DNA of 64,000 nucleotides from Alphaproteobacteria bacterium (GTDB taxonomy: Bacteria; Pseudomonadota; Alphaproteobacteria; JASGCL01). A model generated the notes under the pieces. It was not told where the DNA came from. It ran no database searches and worked only from the letters and a program-made list of their open reading frames with translations. The position numbers and the translations under genes are program-made. Positions 30,334 through 40,044 of the stretch are shown here, in pieces; the first letter of the stretch is position 1, and each line of letters begins with the position of its first letter. Location of the stretch: positions 323,437 through 387,436 of the forward strand of contig CBDHFT010000006.1 of assembly GCA_965262775.1 (NCBI GenBank). The letters are read 5' to 3'.

Positions 30334-31407
30334 ATGCACAAAAAAGTAAAATTAGGTCTGTCTGACCTTACGGTATCGCCCATATGTTTGGGCACCATGG
30401 TGTTCGGCGACCAGGTTGATGAACAAACATCCTATAAAATAATGGACCACGCGCTTGAACGCGGCATCGATTTTATGGACACGGCCGAGGCCTACGCCGT
30501 GCCCCTCAATGCAAAAAACTATGGCAAGACCGAAGAAATTATCGGTCGTTATTTTGCCAACAACAAAGATAAAAGAAAAAAATGGATCGTCGCAACCAAG
30601 GTGGTGGGCATGACCAGCGCGCCATGGGTGCGCGGCGGCAAGAATAACACCACGGCGGATGACATTATCACCGCTTGCGATGCCAGCCTGCGTCGCTTGC
30701 AGAGCGATGTTATAGACCTTTATCAACTTCATTGGCCCAACCGCATGGTGCCAGTGTTTGGCACCATGTATTATGACCCCACCAAAGAACCGAAGGGTAA
30801 TGCCACCATCCATGAACAATTGGTGGCGTTGGATAAATTGGTGAAGGCAGGCAAGGTGAGGGCGATAGGTTTGTCGAACGAAAGTTCCTATGGCGTTTGC
30901 GAATTTGTGCGCTTGGCCGAACAACATGGTTTGGCGCGGGTTGCCACGGTGCAGAATCCTTATTGTTTAACCAACCGCAGTTTGGAAAACGGGCTGGATG
31001 AAACCATGCACCGCCTTAATGTTTCGCTTATCCCTTATTCGCCCTTGGCCTTTGGCGTGTTGAGCGGGAAATATGACGATGTGGGTATAGAACCCGTGGC
31101 GGGCAAAAATGATAGTTTGGGGCGCATGAGCATGTATTCCGAATTTCGTGTCATGCGTTATGCCCGCGCCGAATCCTTGCGGGTTGCCAAAATATACAGC
31201 CAGTTGGCGCGCGACAATGGTTTAACCCCGACGCAAATGGCCTTGTCCTTTTGTTATCACAAATGGCAAGTGGCTTCGACCATTATTGGCGTTAGCAGCG
31301 TGCCACAACTTGATGAATGCGTTGATGCTTATAAAACAATATTGGACGATAAAATATTGAAAGCAATTGACGAGGTTCGCTTGCAATATCGCGACCCCGC
31401 GGCGTAA
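30334..31407 (+). CDS. aldo/keto reductase (Tas/YajO-like NADP-dependent oxidoreductase)
   Basis: AKR motifs (LGTMVFG, GIDFMDTAEAY, QLHWP); start chosen at MHKKVKLGLSD. Confidence 0.8.
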   Translation: MHKKVKLGLSDLTVSPICLGTMVFGDQVDEQTSYKIMDHALERGIDFMDTAEAYAVPLNAKNYGKTEEIIGRYFANNKDKRKKWIVATKVVGMTSAPWVRGGKNNTTADDIITACDASLRRLQSDVIDLYQLHWPNRMVPVFGTMYYDPTKEPKGNATIHEQLVALDKLVKAGKVRAIGLSNESSYGVCEFVRLAEQHGLARVATVQNPYCLTNRSLENGLDETMHRLNVSLIPYSPLAFGVLSGKYDDVGIEPVAGKNDSLGRMSMYSEFRVMRYARAESLRVAKIYSQLARDNGLTPTQMALSFCYHKWQVASTIIGVSSVPQLDECVDAYKTILDDKILKAIDEVRLQYRDPAA

Positions 31408-31506
31408 TATATTTGCCAATTTATTTACGGGTAAAAAAGTTTTACTTTTGTTCTTTTTTGTGTTAGGGTTCTATTACACCGAACAACAACATACGAAAGG
31501 AAACGA

Positions 31507-31920
31507 ATGGTAAAAACAAATGAAACGCCACAACATGGCGTGATAGCAATATCATCAATAATTTATGCAACTTTAAAAACAATAACTTATGGTATCGGCC
31601 GCGGTAGTAAGTTTATTTACAAATTTTGCGCTAAGATTATTCATAACAAATACCTTGCCAATATCATTTATCACCTGTGGCTGGGTTTAGAAAATATATT
31701 ATTCAAACCGCTGGAAAAAATATTGGGGCTTGCATTGCACGCCCTGTTAAAGCAAATCATTGCTTATGGACTTTTATTTTTTGTCCTTTGGCTGTTGCTT
31801 CATAACACTTGGCCATTTACCTGGTTATTTGCATGGTTGTTAAATGCTGGGTGGCATGGCATCATTGCGGTGATTGGTCATGGGGCTACCGCCCTATGGT
31901 CATTGTTGTGGCCATATTAA
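31507..31920 (+). CDS. hypothetical small membrane protein (AT-rich gene)
   Basis: 137-aa ORF with 3-4 hydrophobic segments and no recognisable motif; visibly lower GC than its neighbours. Confidence 0.35.
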   Translation: MVKTNETPQHGVIAISSIIYATLKTITYGIGRGSKFIYKFCAKIIHNKYLANIIYHLWLGLENILFKPLEKILGLALHALLKQIIAYGLLFFVLWLLLHNTWPFTWLFAWLLNAGWHGIIAVIGHGATALWSLLWPY

Positions 31921-31988
31921 AGAACTTTATAGGAAGCAATAAATAAGATAATGTTTGTTCCAAGCTGGCAAAACAAAATAATAAAATA

Positions 31989-32234
31989 ATGAAAATTTTT
32001 TTTACAAAACTTCTGACAGGATTTTTGTTGCTATTGATAAGCATGTATCGCTACGGCCTTGCCTATTTCTTGGGTGGGCATTGCCGCTTCACCCCCAGCT
32101 GCTCGCTCTATGCTCAGATGGCTATTAAAAAACATGGCCCATGGCGCGGCGGCTGGCTAAGTATAAAAAGATTAAGTCATTGCCACCCGATAAAAATATT
32201 GGGCAGTCGGTCGGGTTATGACCCCGTGCCATAA
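31989..32234 (+). CDS. yidD: membrane protein insertion efficiency factor YidD
   Basis: Full YidD signature [36 protein letters not shown]...[10 protein letters not shown]. Confidence 0.85.
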   Translation: MKIFFTKLLTGFLLLLISMYRYGLAYFLGGHCRFTPSCSLYAQMAIKKHGPWRGGWLSIKRLSHCHPIKILGSRSGYDPVP

Positions 32235-32256
32235 ATGATGAAGGGGGACAAAAGGG

Positions 32257-32802
32257 ATGCAAGAAGTTTTTGTTAAAAACAAAGATGAAATGTGGCAATG
32301 GTTGTTGAACAACCATCAGCAACGCGAATCGATATGGTTGGTTTATTATAAATTAACATCGGGCAAAACCGATATGTCCTATTCTGACATTGTGGATTAT
32401 TGTTTATGCTTTGGTTGGATTGATTCGACGAAGGGCACGGTGGACCAGGAGCGCACCAAAATGCGCCTTTCGCCGCGCAACCCAAAAAGCGCGTGGAGCA
32501 AAATCAACAAAGAAAAAATTGCTCATCTGACCAAGGCGGGGTTGATGCAACCCGCGGGAATCGCGATGGTGGAGCAGGCTAAAAAAAATGGCGCATGGAC
32601 AAAACTCGACAGCGTTTTTCGTGGCGAGTTGCCCGATGATTTGAAAAAAGCAATCCACGATAACAAATTATTGGCATCATGGGAAAAATTATCGGCCACC
32701 AACCGCCGCATGGCTTTGGAACGCCTTATCAATATGAGGGGCGAAGAAACGCGCAACAAGGCAATAAAAAAAATTATCGATGATATGACGAAGCCATCAT
32801 GA
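32257..32802 (+). CDS. YdeI/OmpD-associated family protein (DUF1801-like)
   Basis: 181-aa soluble protein with W..WL..N.......WLVYY and a CFGWIDS motif resembling this family. Confidence 0.45.
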   Translation: MQEVFVKNKDEMWQWLLNNHQQRESIWLVYYKLTSGKTDMSYSDIVDYCLCFGWIDSTKGTVDQERTKMRLSPRNPKSAWSKINKEKIAHLTKAGLMQPAGIAMVEQAKKNGAWTKLDSVFRGELPDDLKKAIHDNKLLASWEKLSATNRRMALERLINMRGEETRNKAIKKIIDDMTKPS

Positions 32803-32827
32803 CGGCTATTTATTTTCAGGGTATTAT

Positions 32828-33853
32828 TTAATCAGACCCGCGACGTGGGTCAAGCGCGTCGCGCAAACCCGCCCCGATGAAGGTCAACAGCGACAATTGC
32901 AACATGATAACAACAAAACTAGTCAGCCCCAACCAGGGGGCATTAAGATTATTTTTGCCTTGGTTTAATAAATCACCAAGCGAAGGACTTCCTGGCGGCA
33001 AGCCAAAGCCCAAAAAATCCAAAGCGGTTAAGGTGGTGACCGAACCCGCCAACATAAATGGCATAAATGTTACGACGCTGGTGAGGGAATTGGGCAAAAC
33101 ATGGCGGGTAAAAATACGAAACGGCGGCAGGCCCATGGTGCGCGCCGCTTTGATATAATCTTGCTGGCGGATTTTTAAAACCTCGGCCCGCACCAAACCC
33201 GTCAGGGGCATCCAGCCAAATAATAACAAAAGCCCCAGCAACCACCAAAAATTGGGCACGATAAAGGATGACAAAATAATTAATAAAAATAAAACCGGCA
33301 TCGATCCCCAAATTTCTATAAACCGCTGTCCCAGCAGGTCAATTTTCCCGCCGAAATACCCCATCAGCCCGCCCGCAAAAATCCCCACCAGGCTGCTAAC
33401 AATTGTTAGGATAAAACCAAACAGCACCGACAGGCGAAAACCATAAACCAATTTTGCCAACACATCGCCCGCCGATGTGTCGGTGCCAAGCAGGTGATTT
33501 TTATCGGGCGGGGTTGGCGCGGGTTGTTTCAAATCGCTGATAACCGAATCATAACTATAGCGAACGGGCGGCATAACCATAAAACCATGGGCGGCAATTT
33601 CAGCCCGAATTTCAGGCAGGCTGTAATCGGCTTCGCCCTTTAAATACCCGTTGAAGGTGGTTTCGGGCAATGATTGCACCACGGGAAAATACCAATGGTC
33701 TTTATAATGGATTATCAAAGGTCGGTCGTTCATAATAAAATTGGCAAATAGCGATAGAGTGAACAATGCCAAAAACAGAATAGCCGAAAAAAAGCTGAGG
33801 CGATTAGCACGAAACCTTGCGAAGGCGCGGGAAAAGAAAAATAACTTGAACAT
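32828..33853 (-). CDS. yejE: ABC transporter permease, YejE/OppC-like
   Basis: 341 aa with a long N-terminal periplasmic segment then a BPD_transp_1 permease core, as in YejE. Confidence 0.75.
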   Translation of the reverse strand: MFKLFFFSRAFARFRANRLSFFSAILFLALFTLSLFANFIMNDRPLIIHYKDHWYFPVVQSLPETTFNGYLKGEADYSLPEIRAEIAAHGFMVMPPVRYSYDSVISDLKQPAPTPPDKNHLLGTDTSAGDVLAKLVYGFRLSVLFGFILTIVSSLVGIFAGGLMGYFGGKIDLLGQRFIEIWGSMPVLFLLIILSSFIVPNFWWLLGLLLLFGWMPLTGLVRAEVLKIRQQDYIKAARTMGLPPFRIFTRHVLPNSLTSVVTFMPFMLAGSVTTLTALDFLGFGLPPGSPSLGDLLNQGKNNLNAPWLGLTSFVVIMLQLSLLTFIGAGLRDALDPRRGSD

Positions 33854-33875
33854 GACTTATAATTGGGTGGTTTTT

Positions 33876-34965
33876 CTACCCCTCCATCTTTTCAAAATTG
33901 ATGCGCGGGTCAACCAGGCTGTAACAAATATCGCCCACCAGCCCCAACACCAGCGAGAGCAAGGTAAAAATATAGAGGGTAGCAAAGACCACGGGGTAAT
34001 CGCGGGTGATGGCAGCCTCATATCCCATCAAGCCTAAGCCATTGAGAGAGAAAATAATCTCTATCATCAGGCTGCTGGTGAAGAGCATCGAAATAATCAA
34101 CGATGGCAAACCCGCCAGCACAATAAGCATGGCATTTCTGAATATCACACCATATAGAATTTTTTGTTCGCCCATACCGATGGCGCGCGCCAACATGACG
34201 TAGGGTTTTGCCAATTCTTCTAGGAAACTATTTTTGGTTAGAATTGTCAAACTGGTAAAACCGCCGACCGTGATGGTGATGATGGGCAATACCAAATGCC
34301 AAAAATAATCGATTATTTTGCTGAATAGGGATAATTCAGAAAAATTATCAGACACCAACCCCGATAAAGGAAACCAGGAAAAATAACGCCCGCCAGCAAA
34401 AAAAAATAATCAAAAACACCGCCAGCAAAAAGGCAGGCAAGGATGACAACATAATCAACGTCACGGTGCTGGCCTTGTCGAAATAGGAATCTTTGCGCGT
34501 GGCTTGCTTGATGCCAAGCGGGATACTAACGGCGTAGATTAACAACGCCGACCATAACCCCAAGGATAAAGAAACTGGTATTTTTTGCGCTATCATTTGC
34601 ATGATGGGTTGCCCGGTGGAGAAGCTGACACCGAAATTAAATTGCAAATAGTTTTTTATCATGATGAAAAACCTTTGCACCACGGGTTTATCAAACCCAT
34701 AGAATTTTTCTAATTCGGCGACCACCCTGTCATCAACGCCCACGTAGCGACCTTGATAATTGTTGGATGGGGTAGCGCTGCTAACCTTTACCCCGTCGCC
34801 CGTTTCATTTTTTAACAGCGTGTTGGAATTGCCCTGGGTCATGGCGGCGATGGCGCGTTCAACGGGGCCGCCAGGCGCAACCTGGACCACCGCAAAATTT
34901 ATCAGCATAAGACCAAACAACGTAGGCACCATAAAAAACAAACGGCGTAAAATATAATTTTTCAT
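33876..34965 (-). pseudogene. yejB: ABC transporter permease YejB/DppB-like, split into two ORFs by a +1 frameshift at an A9 run (plus 34398-34406); sequencing error or pseudogene
   Basis: ORF 34348..34965 encodes the N-terminal half (ILRRLFFMVPTLFGL...) and ends in out-of-frame residues right after the homopolymer. ORF 33876..34358 encodes the C-terminal half. With one fewer base they join as ...[32 protein letters not shown].... Confidence 0.6.
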
Positions 34966-35026
34966 GGTTAAGCGTGATGTGTTATGGATAATTTTTGTTG
35001 GTGATAATCTAACATTTTTTTTGAAT

Positions 35027-36487
35027 TTATTTAATTAGTTTTTCGACAATTTCCTGCGCCAATTTATCGGCGGTGAATTCCCCCGCCGCCAACCACGACG
35101 ACAATGATAACCTGTCTTGGGCCATGGGGTATAGATACTGGCTTTTCATTATTTGGCGGGTTTCAACCTCGGCAAAAAAATGACTGCCTTTTCCCAGCAC
35201 GCGTTCGATAACCTGTGCTTGAATATTGGCATCGTTTATCATCGGCGGCATGATGGCGCGTTTAACCATGGCGAGCATATCGTGGTCGGTTATCAAATTA
35301 TTTTTGCTGATAATTTGACCGTCGGCCAATAACCCCGCGCTTTGCCCCACCACCAAACCGCAATGTTGGTTAAGGGCGGTTTGCACCAAACCCATTAAGC
35401 CCAGCGATTTTTCTATACCCGATTGGTTGTCGGGCAATTTGGCCGATGTTTGCGTGGTCGCAACCATGGCGGGGATTTGGTAAAAACGCGCCACCCGCAC
35501 CGCCAATTGTTGCGCCACCATGGTTTCCGCGCTGCCCGTGGTGGTGGTGCCCTGCTTAAGGTCGGATGTGTAGGGAACAAAACCAAAGACAAATGGTGCG
35601 CCAGGGGCAATAATTTGAGTCAAGACCAACCCTGCCAAATTCATGGCGAGGGCCAAGGTGATGGAACCCGCCACGGTGGCGGGGGCGGTGGCGGCGGCAA
35701 TTGTCACCGCGCGGTTTTCTATCACCATGCCGTGGGCAATGGCGTCAAACAGGCTGGCCGCCAGGTCGCTATCGAGCGATAGGTTGGGCAAGAAAGCCGA
35801 TAACCCGAGCGCGGCGCGTTGCGGTAAATCGGGGAATTTTTTTAACAGCGCGGGCATAACATGATGATTATGCAATTCGACGACAAATGGCTTTGCGTTA
35901 TGGTCATAAAGTTGTTGCACCATGGTGTCGTAGGCTTGCTCGATGGAGCCTAGCTCGCTCGCCAAGATGTCGGGTTTGGCGAAGAAGCCTAACATGTCAT
36001 AAAGCGGCATGGCATGGGCAATCTTAACCATGGCCAGGCTGTCGGCACTGGTGATGGGGCGGTAGGTGGCTTGTTTGATGGTGGTGGGTTCGTAAAGATG
36101 GCTGGCACTGCCCCCGACGGCAAAAAATATTGTTGCTTGATTTTGCTCGAACGCCAAATTTTTATCTTGGGCGGGGCGATGAATGGTGCGCGGCGCGGTG
36201 GATAAAGCCTGCAATATTATTTTTTCGCTTAGGGCAAGCCGCCCATTGGGCAGGGCTTGGCAACCCGCGGCCATGATTTCTTTGCGCCATTTTTCATCGC
36301 GCACCATAATGCCAACGTTTGATAAAATTTTTATCGCCGCTTGATGCAAGAGGTGGATGGGGTCGCCACCCGCGTCCTGTAAATAATCTTGTAAATAGGT
36401 TGCAACGCCAGCGGGCGGCGGGGTTACCGCTATGCCGCCTTGCAACTGAAGCGTTTCGTCTATTTTTATATTGCCGCGTCTAACCAT
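35027..36487 (-). CDS. MttB-family (trimethylamine / glycine betaine type) methyltransferase homolog
   Basis: 486 aa with no signal peptide. The N-terminal region (IHLLHQAAIKILSNVGIMVRDE...AGCQALPNGRLAL...STAPRT) and the C-terminal region follow the MttB superfamily pattern. Confidence 0.5.
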   Translation of the reverse strand: MVRRGNIKIDETLQLQGGIAVTPPPAGVATYLQDYLQDAGGDPIHLLHQAAIKILSNVGIMVRDEKWRKEIMAAGCQALPNGRLALSEKIILQALSTAPRTIHRPAQDKNLAFEQNQATIFFAVGGSASHLYEPTTIKQATYRPITSADSLAMVKIAHAMPLYDMLGFFAKPDILASELGSIEQAYDTMVQQLYDHNAKPFVVELHNHHVMPALLKKFPDLPQRAALGLSAFLPNLSLDSDLAASLFDAIAHGMVIENRAVTIAAATAPATVAGSITLALAMNLAGLVLTQIIAPGAPFVFGFVPYTSDLKQGTTTTGSAETMVAQQLAVRVARFYQIPAMVATTQTSAKLPDNQSGIEKSLGLMGLVQTALNQHCGLVVGQSAGLLADGQIISKNNLITDHDMLAMVKRAIMPPMINDANIQAQVIERVLGKGSHFFAEVETRQIMKSQYLYPMAQDRLSLSSWLAAGEFTADKLAQEIVEKLIK

Positions 36488-36523
36488 GGTGATAAGTAAA
36501 TGAAGTCATGTAAAGCCAAGGGA

Positions 36524-37108
36524 TTATTTTTGATTTGGTGAAGTTTTTGCGGAATATTTATCCAGCGTATTTTTTGAAGATTTTTTTAGCAATTTACCGA
36601 TGGGTTTGGCGAGGGGCTTGGCATAGATTTCTAAACGGTGGTCAATAATTTCATAGCCCAGGCGGTTGATTATTTTTTCTTGCAGTTTTTCCAATTCCTT
36701 GTCGTAAAATTCTATAACGGTTCCCGATTTTACATCTATCAAATGGTCGTGATGCGATTTTAAATTTATTTCATAAAGTGGTTTTTGGTTATGAAAATCG
36801 TGTCTTAGCACCAATTTTTCCGTTTCGAATGTTTTCAGGGTGCGGTAAATGGTTGCCAGGCCGATGGGCGATTGTTGCTTGGCAATTTTTTGATGGATAG
36901 CCTCGGGCGTAAGGTTATGGTCATCGCGCTGGTTGGCCAACAACAATTGATTCAAAATCGCCAAACGGGGTGTGGTTAATTTTAAACCCGCCGCACGCAA
37001 TGCACCAATAACCACCGCGGGAATTTCCTTTGAAATATCGCCAGCCATGGCGTTGGCGAGATGTTTTGTGATATTTTTTTTTGTGGCTGATAAATTTTTG
37101 GCGGACAT
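36524..37108 (-). CDS. Fur family transcriptional regulator (Irr/Mur-like, lacks CxxC pairs) with an ~30-aa N-terminal extension
   Basis: Winged-helix segment LKLTTPRLAILNQLL...GLATIYRTLKTFETEKLV and HHDHL metal-site motif; no C-terminal cysteines. Confidence 0.65.
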   Translation of the reverse strand: MSAKNLSATKKNITKHLANAMAGDISKEIPAVVIGALRAAGLKLTTPRLAILNQLLLANQRDDHNLTPEAIHQKIAKQQSPIGLATIYRTLKTFETEKLVLRHDFHNQKPLYEINLKSHHDHLIDVKSGTVIEFYDKELEKLQEKIINRLGYEIIDHRLEIYAKPLAKPIGKLLKKSSKNTLDKYSAKTSPNQK

Positions 37109-37300
37109 GGTTTACAATAATAGGTTGGTAGATGATTCCCTGCGGGCGTTTGCTCCAACGCCCCATAATATCAGGCAATATTAATCACCCATAACTATCA
37201 CAAAACAGGCCGTGAGAGAAATCAAAAAAACAACGCAAAAAAGAGCGAGAAGCAAGACGGGGGCACCAAAAAAAGCCTAGAGAAAGGATGGTAAAAAAAA

Positions 37301-37375
37301 TGGTGCCGCAGAGAGGAATCGGACCTCCGGCCTTACCCTTACCAAGGGTATGCTCTACCACTGAGCTACTGCGGC
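37301..37375 (-). tRNA. tRNA-Thr(GGU), with a non-canonical C at T-loop position 55
   Basis: Reverse complement folds as acceptor GCCGCAG/CTGCGGC, anticodon loop TTGGTAA, T arm GGAGG-TCCGATT-CCTCT, with CCA encoded. Confidence 0.75.
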
Positions 37376-37637
37376 ACAAAAACCTAAAGGCGATATGGCA
37401 TAGGGCAGGGGGGTTGTCAATTATGCTTTGTTATAAACCATGTTGATTTTATGCCATGGTTATTTTGTTCAATATATTTTCATCTATATTTTTGCGCCGA
37501 TAGTTGCGTGGTGCGTTGCGTGAATCGGCTTCATTATTACAACTTAGATTTTATCAAAGATATTTCGCTTCTTTTGTTGATTATCTTCTTTAAATTATCC
37601 TTGTCAAATGACAAAACTTATGCAAAAAGGCAAATAA

Positions 37638-37712
37638 GCGGATGTAGCTCAGCGGTAGAGCGCCACCTTGCCAAGGTGGATGCCGTGGGTTCGATCCCCA
37701 TCATCCGCTCCA
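37638..37712 (+). tRNA. tRNA-Gly(GCC)
   Basis: Acceptor GCGGATG/CATCCGC, anticodon loop TTGCCAA, T loop TTCGATC, and CCA encoded. Confidence 0.88.
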
Positions 37713-37856
37713 ATCTCTTTACCCTTGCGCTGTTATTTTTTATGGCTTGGTCCACTTGCAGGCTTGGTCTAATATCTGGCGTGCAGGGTAATGAGTATTA
37801 TAAAAAAACTTGATTGTTATATTGTTTTATGGCAACAATTTTTGTGAAATAACATC

Positions 37857-38744
37857 ATGCCTACAAATTCTATCCCCACCATGGCCAACCGCGATGGTTT
37901 CATTTGGCAAAATGGCAAAATGATTCCATGGCGCGATGCCGAAACCCATGTTTTGACCCACGGGCTTCATTATGCTTCGGTCGCTTTTGAGGGGGAGCGA
38001 GCCTACAACGGAAAAATATTTAAATTAAAAGAACATACCCAACGGTTGATAGATTCGGCCAAGATATTGCGGATGGAGGTTCCCTTCACCCTTGATGAGT
38101 TGATGGCCGCCAGCAACGAAGTGGTGAAGGCAAACAACCTGCCCAATTGTTATTTGCGCCCCATTGTTTTTCGCGGGCCCGAGGTTATGGGATTATTGCC
38201 CAGCGCCGCCGCCAGCCACGTGGCGATAGCCGCATGGGAATGGCCAAGTTATTTTGACATGGCAACAAAAATGAAGGGCATAAAATTGCAGTGGGCCGAA
38301 TGGCAACGCCCTGCCCCCAACACCGCCCCCGTTCACAGCAAATGTGCGGGGCTTTATATGATATGCACCCTGGCGAAGATGAAGGCCGAGGAGGAAGGCT
38401 ATAACGATGCGATGTTTAAAGATTACCGTGGCCTGGTAGCGGAGGCAACGGGGGCCAACGTGTTTTTTAAAATGAAGGACGGGAAAATACATACCCCCAC
38501 GCCAGATTGCTTTTTAGACGGTATAACCAGGCGCGCCGTGATGGGTATTATCAAAACCATGGGTGTGGAAGTGGTGGAGCGCGCCATCAAACCCGAGGAA
38601 TTGAGCGAGGCAACCGAATGTTTTTTAACGGGCACCGCCGCCGAGGTGACGCCCGTTAAATCGATTGGCGATTATCAATTTACGCCAAGCGATTTTAGCC
38701 AAACCGTGGTCAAAAAATTTAACGACATGGTGGGCCAGGGTTAA
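37857..38744 (+). CDS. ilvE: branched-chain amino acid aminotransferase (class IV)
   Basis: 295 aa with fold-type IV PLP motifs (FEGERAY, ...ENGY/DAMF..., E.T.ANVFF, LTGTAAEVTP). Confidence 0.88.
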   Translation: MPTNSIPTMANRDGFIWQNGKMIPWRDAETHVLTHGLHYASVAFEGERAYNGKIFKLKEHTQRLIDSAKILRMEVPFTLDELMAASNEVVKANNLPNCYLRPIVFRGPEVMGLLPSAAASHVAIAAWEWPSYFDMATKMKGIKLQWAEWQRPAPNTAPVHSKCAGLYMICTLAKMKAEEEGYNDAMFKDYRGLVAEATGANVFFKMKDGKIHTPTPDCFLDGITRRAVMGIIKTMGVEVVERAIKPEELSEATECFLTGTAAEVTPVKSIGDYQFTPSDFSQTVVKKFNDMVGQG

Positions 38745-38961
38745 GTAGATAGGATTTTTTGCTTAAGGCTTTTTTTAAGGATTAGAAAAAATATTCTATT
38801 AGCATAGGGCTATTAATCTTATTTTATTCCTGATGGTTTTACAGAAATGGCTGTAGGCGATTTTGCAACTTTGTATAAATACTGCTAATATCAGAAAGAT
38901 AAAAACTGGCGGGGGAAATATTAAATCAAGAATAAGAGAAGGCGAGATGGCAGGTTGTATA

Positions 38962-39504
38962 ATGGTTAAGAAAATTTTTTTATATGTGGCGTTAGGATTA
39001 ATGATAGGCTTTGCCCAACCCGCTGATGCTGGCGATGAAGTTGCTGGCAGTCAATATTTCAGCTGGAATGGCGGGGTTAAAAGCAAACCAGTCAAGAACG
39101 ACCTGCCCAAAATGGTATCGTTGCGGTGGGGCGAAACCAATATAAGAAAAGGCCCAGGCAAAGAATTCCCCGTGGCCTTTACCCTGCATGCCAAGGGCAT
39201 ACCATTAAAATTGACAAGGCGTCATGGCGATTGGCGCGAAATAATCGACTGGCAAGGCAGCAAGGGTTGGGTGATGCGCGATTCATTGAGCGAGCAACAA
39301 GCCATGATAGTCAGCGTGGATGAAACCGACATGCTTAGCAAGCCAGCACCATCCAGCACCAACACAGGAAGGCTGGTTGCCAAGTTAAAAAAGGGTGTGA
39401 CCGCAAGGATTATAAAATGTGAAGGCCAGTGGTGCGAGGTTGAAACTTTTATCGGCAGTCATCAGGGTTGGGTAAGAAAATTGGATACCAAATTCAATTT
39501 TTAA
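38962..39504 (+). CDS. secreted SH3b-domain protein (two DUF1058-type SH3-like repeats)
   Basis: Signal peptide MVKKIFLYVALGLMIGFAQPADA, then two repeats of the ..N.R.GPG..FPV..L...G.P......GDW..I....G..GWV pattern. Confidence 0.65.
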   Translation: MVKKIFLYVALGLMIGFAQPADAGDEVAGSQYFSWNGGVKSKPVKNDLPKMVSLRWGETNIRKGPGKEFPVAFTLHAKGIPLKLTRRHGDWREIIDWQGSKGWVMRDSLSEQQAMIVSVDETDMLSKPAPSSTNTGRLVAKLKKGVTARIIKCEGQWCEVETFIGSHQGWVRKLDTKFNF

Positions 39505-39564
39505 CCTAAGTTGGTTTGTAAAATAAAAAAATATTTCAGCCTGGTGGCGGTTATACTACTGCCC

Positions 39565-40017
39565 TCAAATAAATTGATGCAACAAAGGAATAATGGGCTT
39601 ATCAGCAGGCAGGAGCATATCGAGCTTCGCAATGTCGGGCAGGGGTAACCATTTTACCTCGGCCACCGATTCTTGTTTTGGGGTTATCATGCCGCGCCAT
39701 TGCCGCAATATAAACACGGGCATCAGCAAATGAAAATCGGGATAATCGTGGCTGGCAAATGCCGCGGCGGCCAGGCAGGATAGATTGGTGTCGATGGATA
39801 ATTCCTCCTTCAATTCGCGGATGAGGCACATCTCGGGGGTCTCATTTTTTTCAACTTTTCCGCCAGGGAATTCCCAATAACCAGCAAAAGATTTTGTTGC
39901 GGGGCGTTTTTGTATCAACACCCGACCGTCGGGGTCAACCAAAACCCCCGCCACCACCAATTGCAATGGTTTTGGTTTGTTTTTAACGGGTGCGGCGGAA
40001 GTATCAAGGCAAGACAT
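39565..40017 (-). CDS. mutT: NUDIX hydrolase (MutT-like 8-oxo-dGTP diphosphatase)
   Basis: Nudix box GYWEFPGGKVEKNETPEMCLIRELKEELSI; positioned downstream of argJ. Confidence 0.8.
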   Translation of the reverse strand: MSCLDTSAAPVKNKPKPLQLVVAGVLVDPDGRVLIQKRPATKSFAGYWEFPGGKVEKNETPEMCLIRELKEELSIDTNLSCLAAAAFASHDYPDFHLLMPVFILRQWRGMITPKQESVAEVKWLPLPDIAKLDMLLPADKPIIPLLHQFI

Positions 40018-40044
40018 AAGGATAAGAAGCGGTAAGCAAAAAAT

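Noticed and set aside
37185-37813. ORFs 37185..37379 (-) and 37451..37813 (+)
   Set aside because: They run through the tRNA-Thr and tRNA-Gly genes and the AT-rich spacer and have no coding features.
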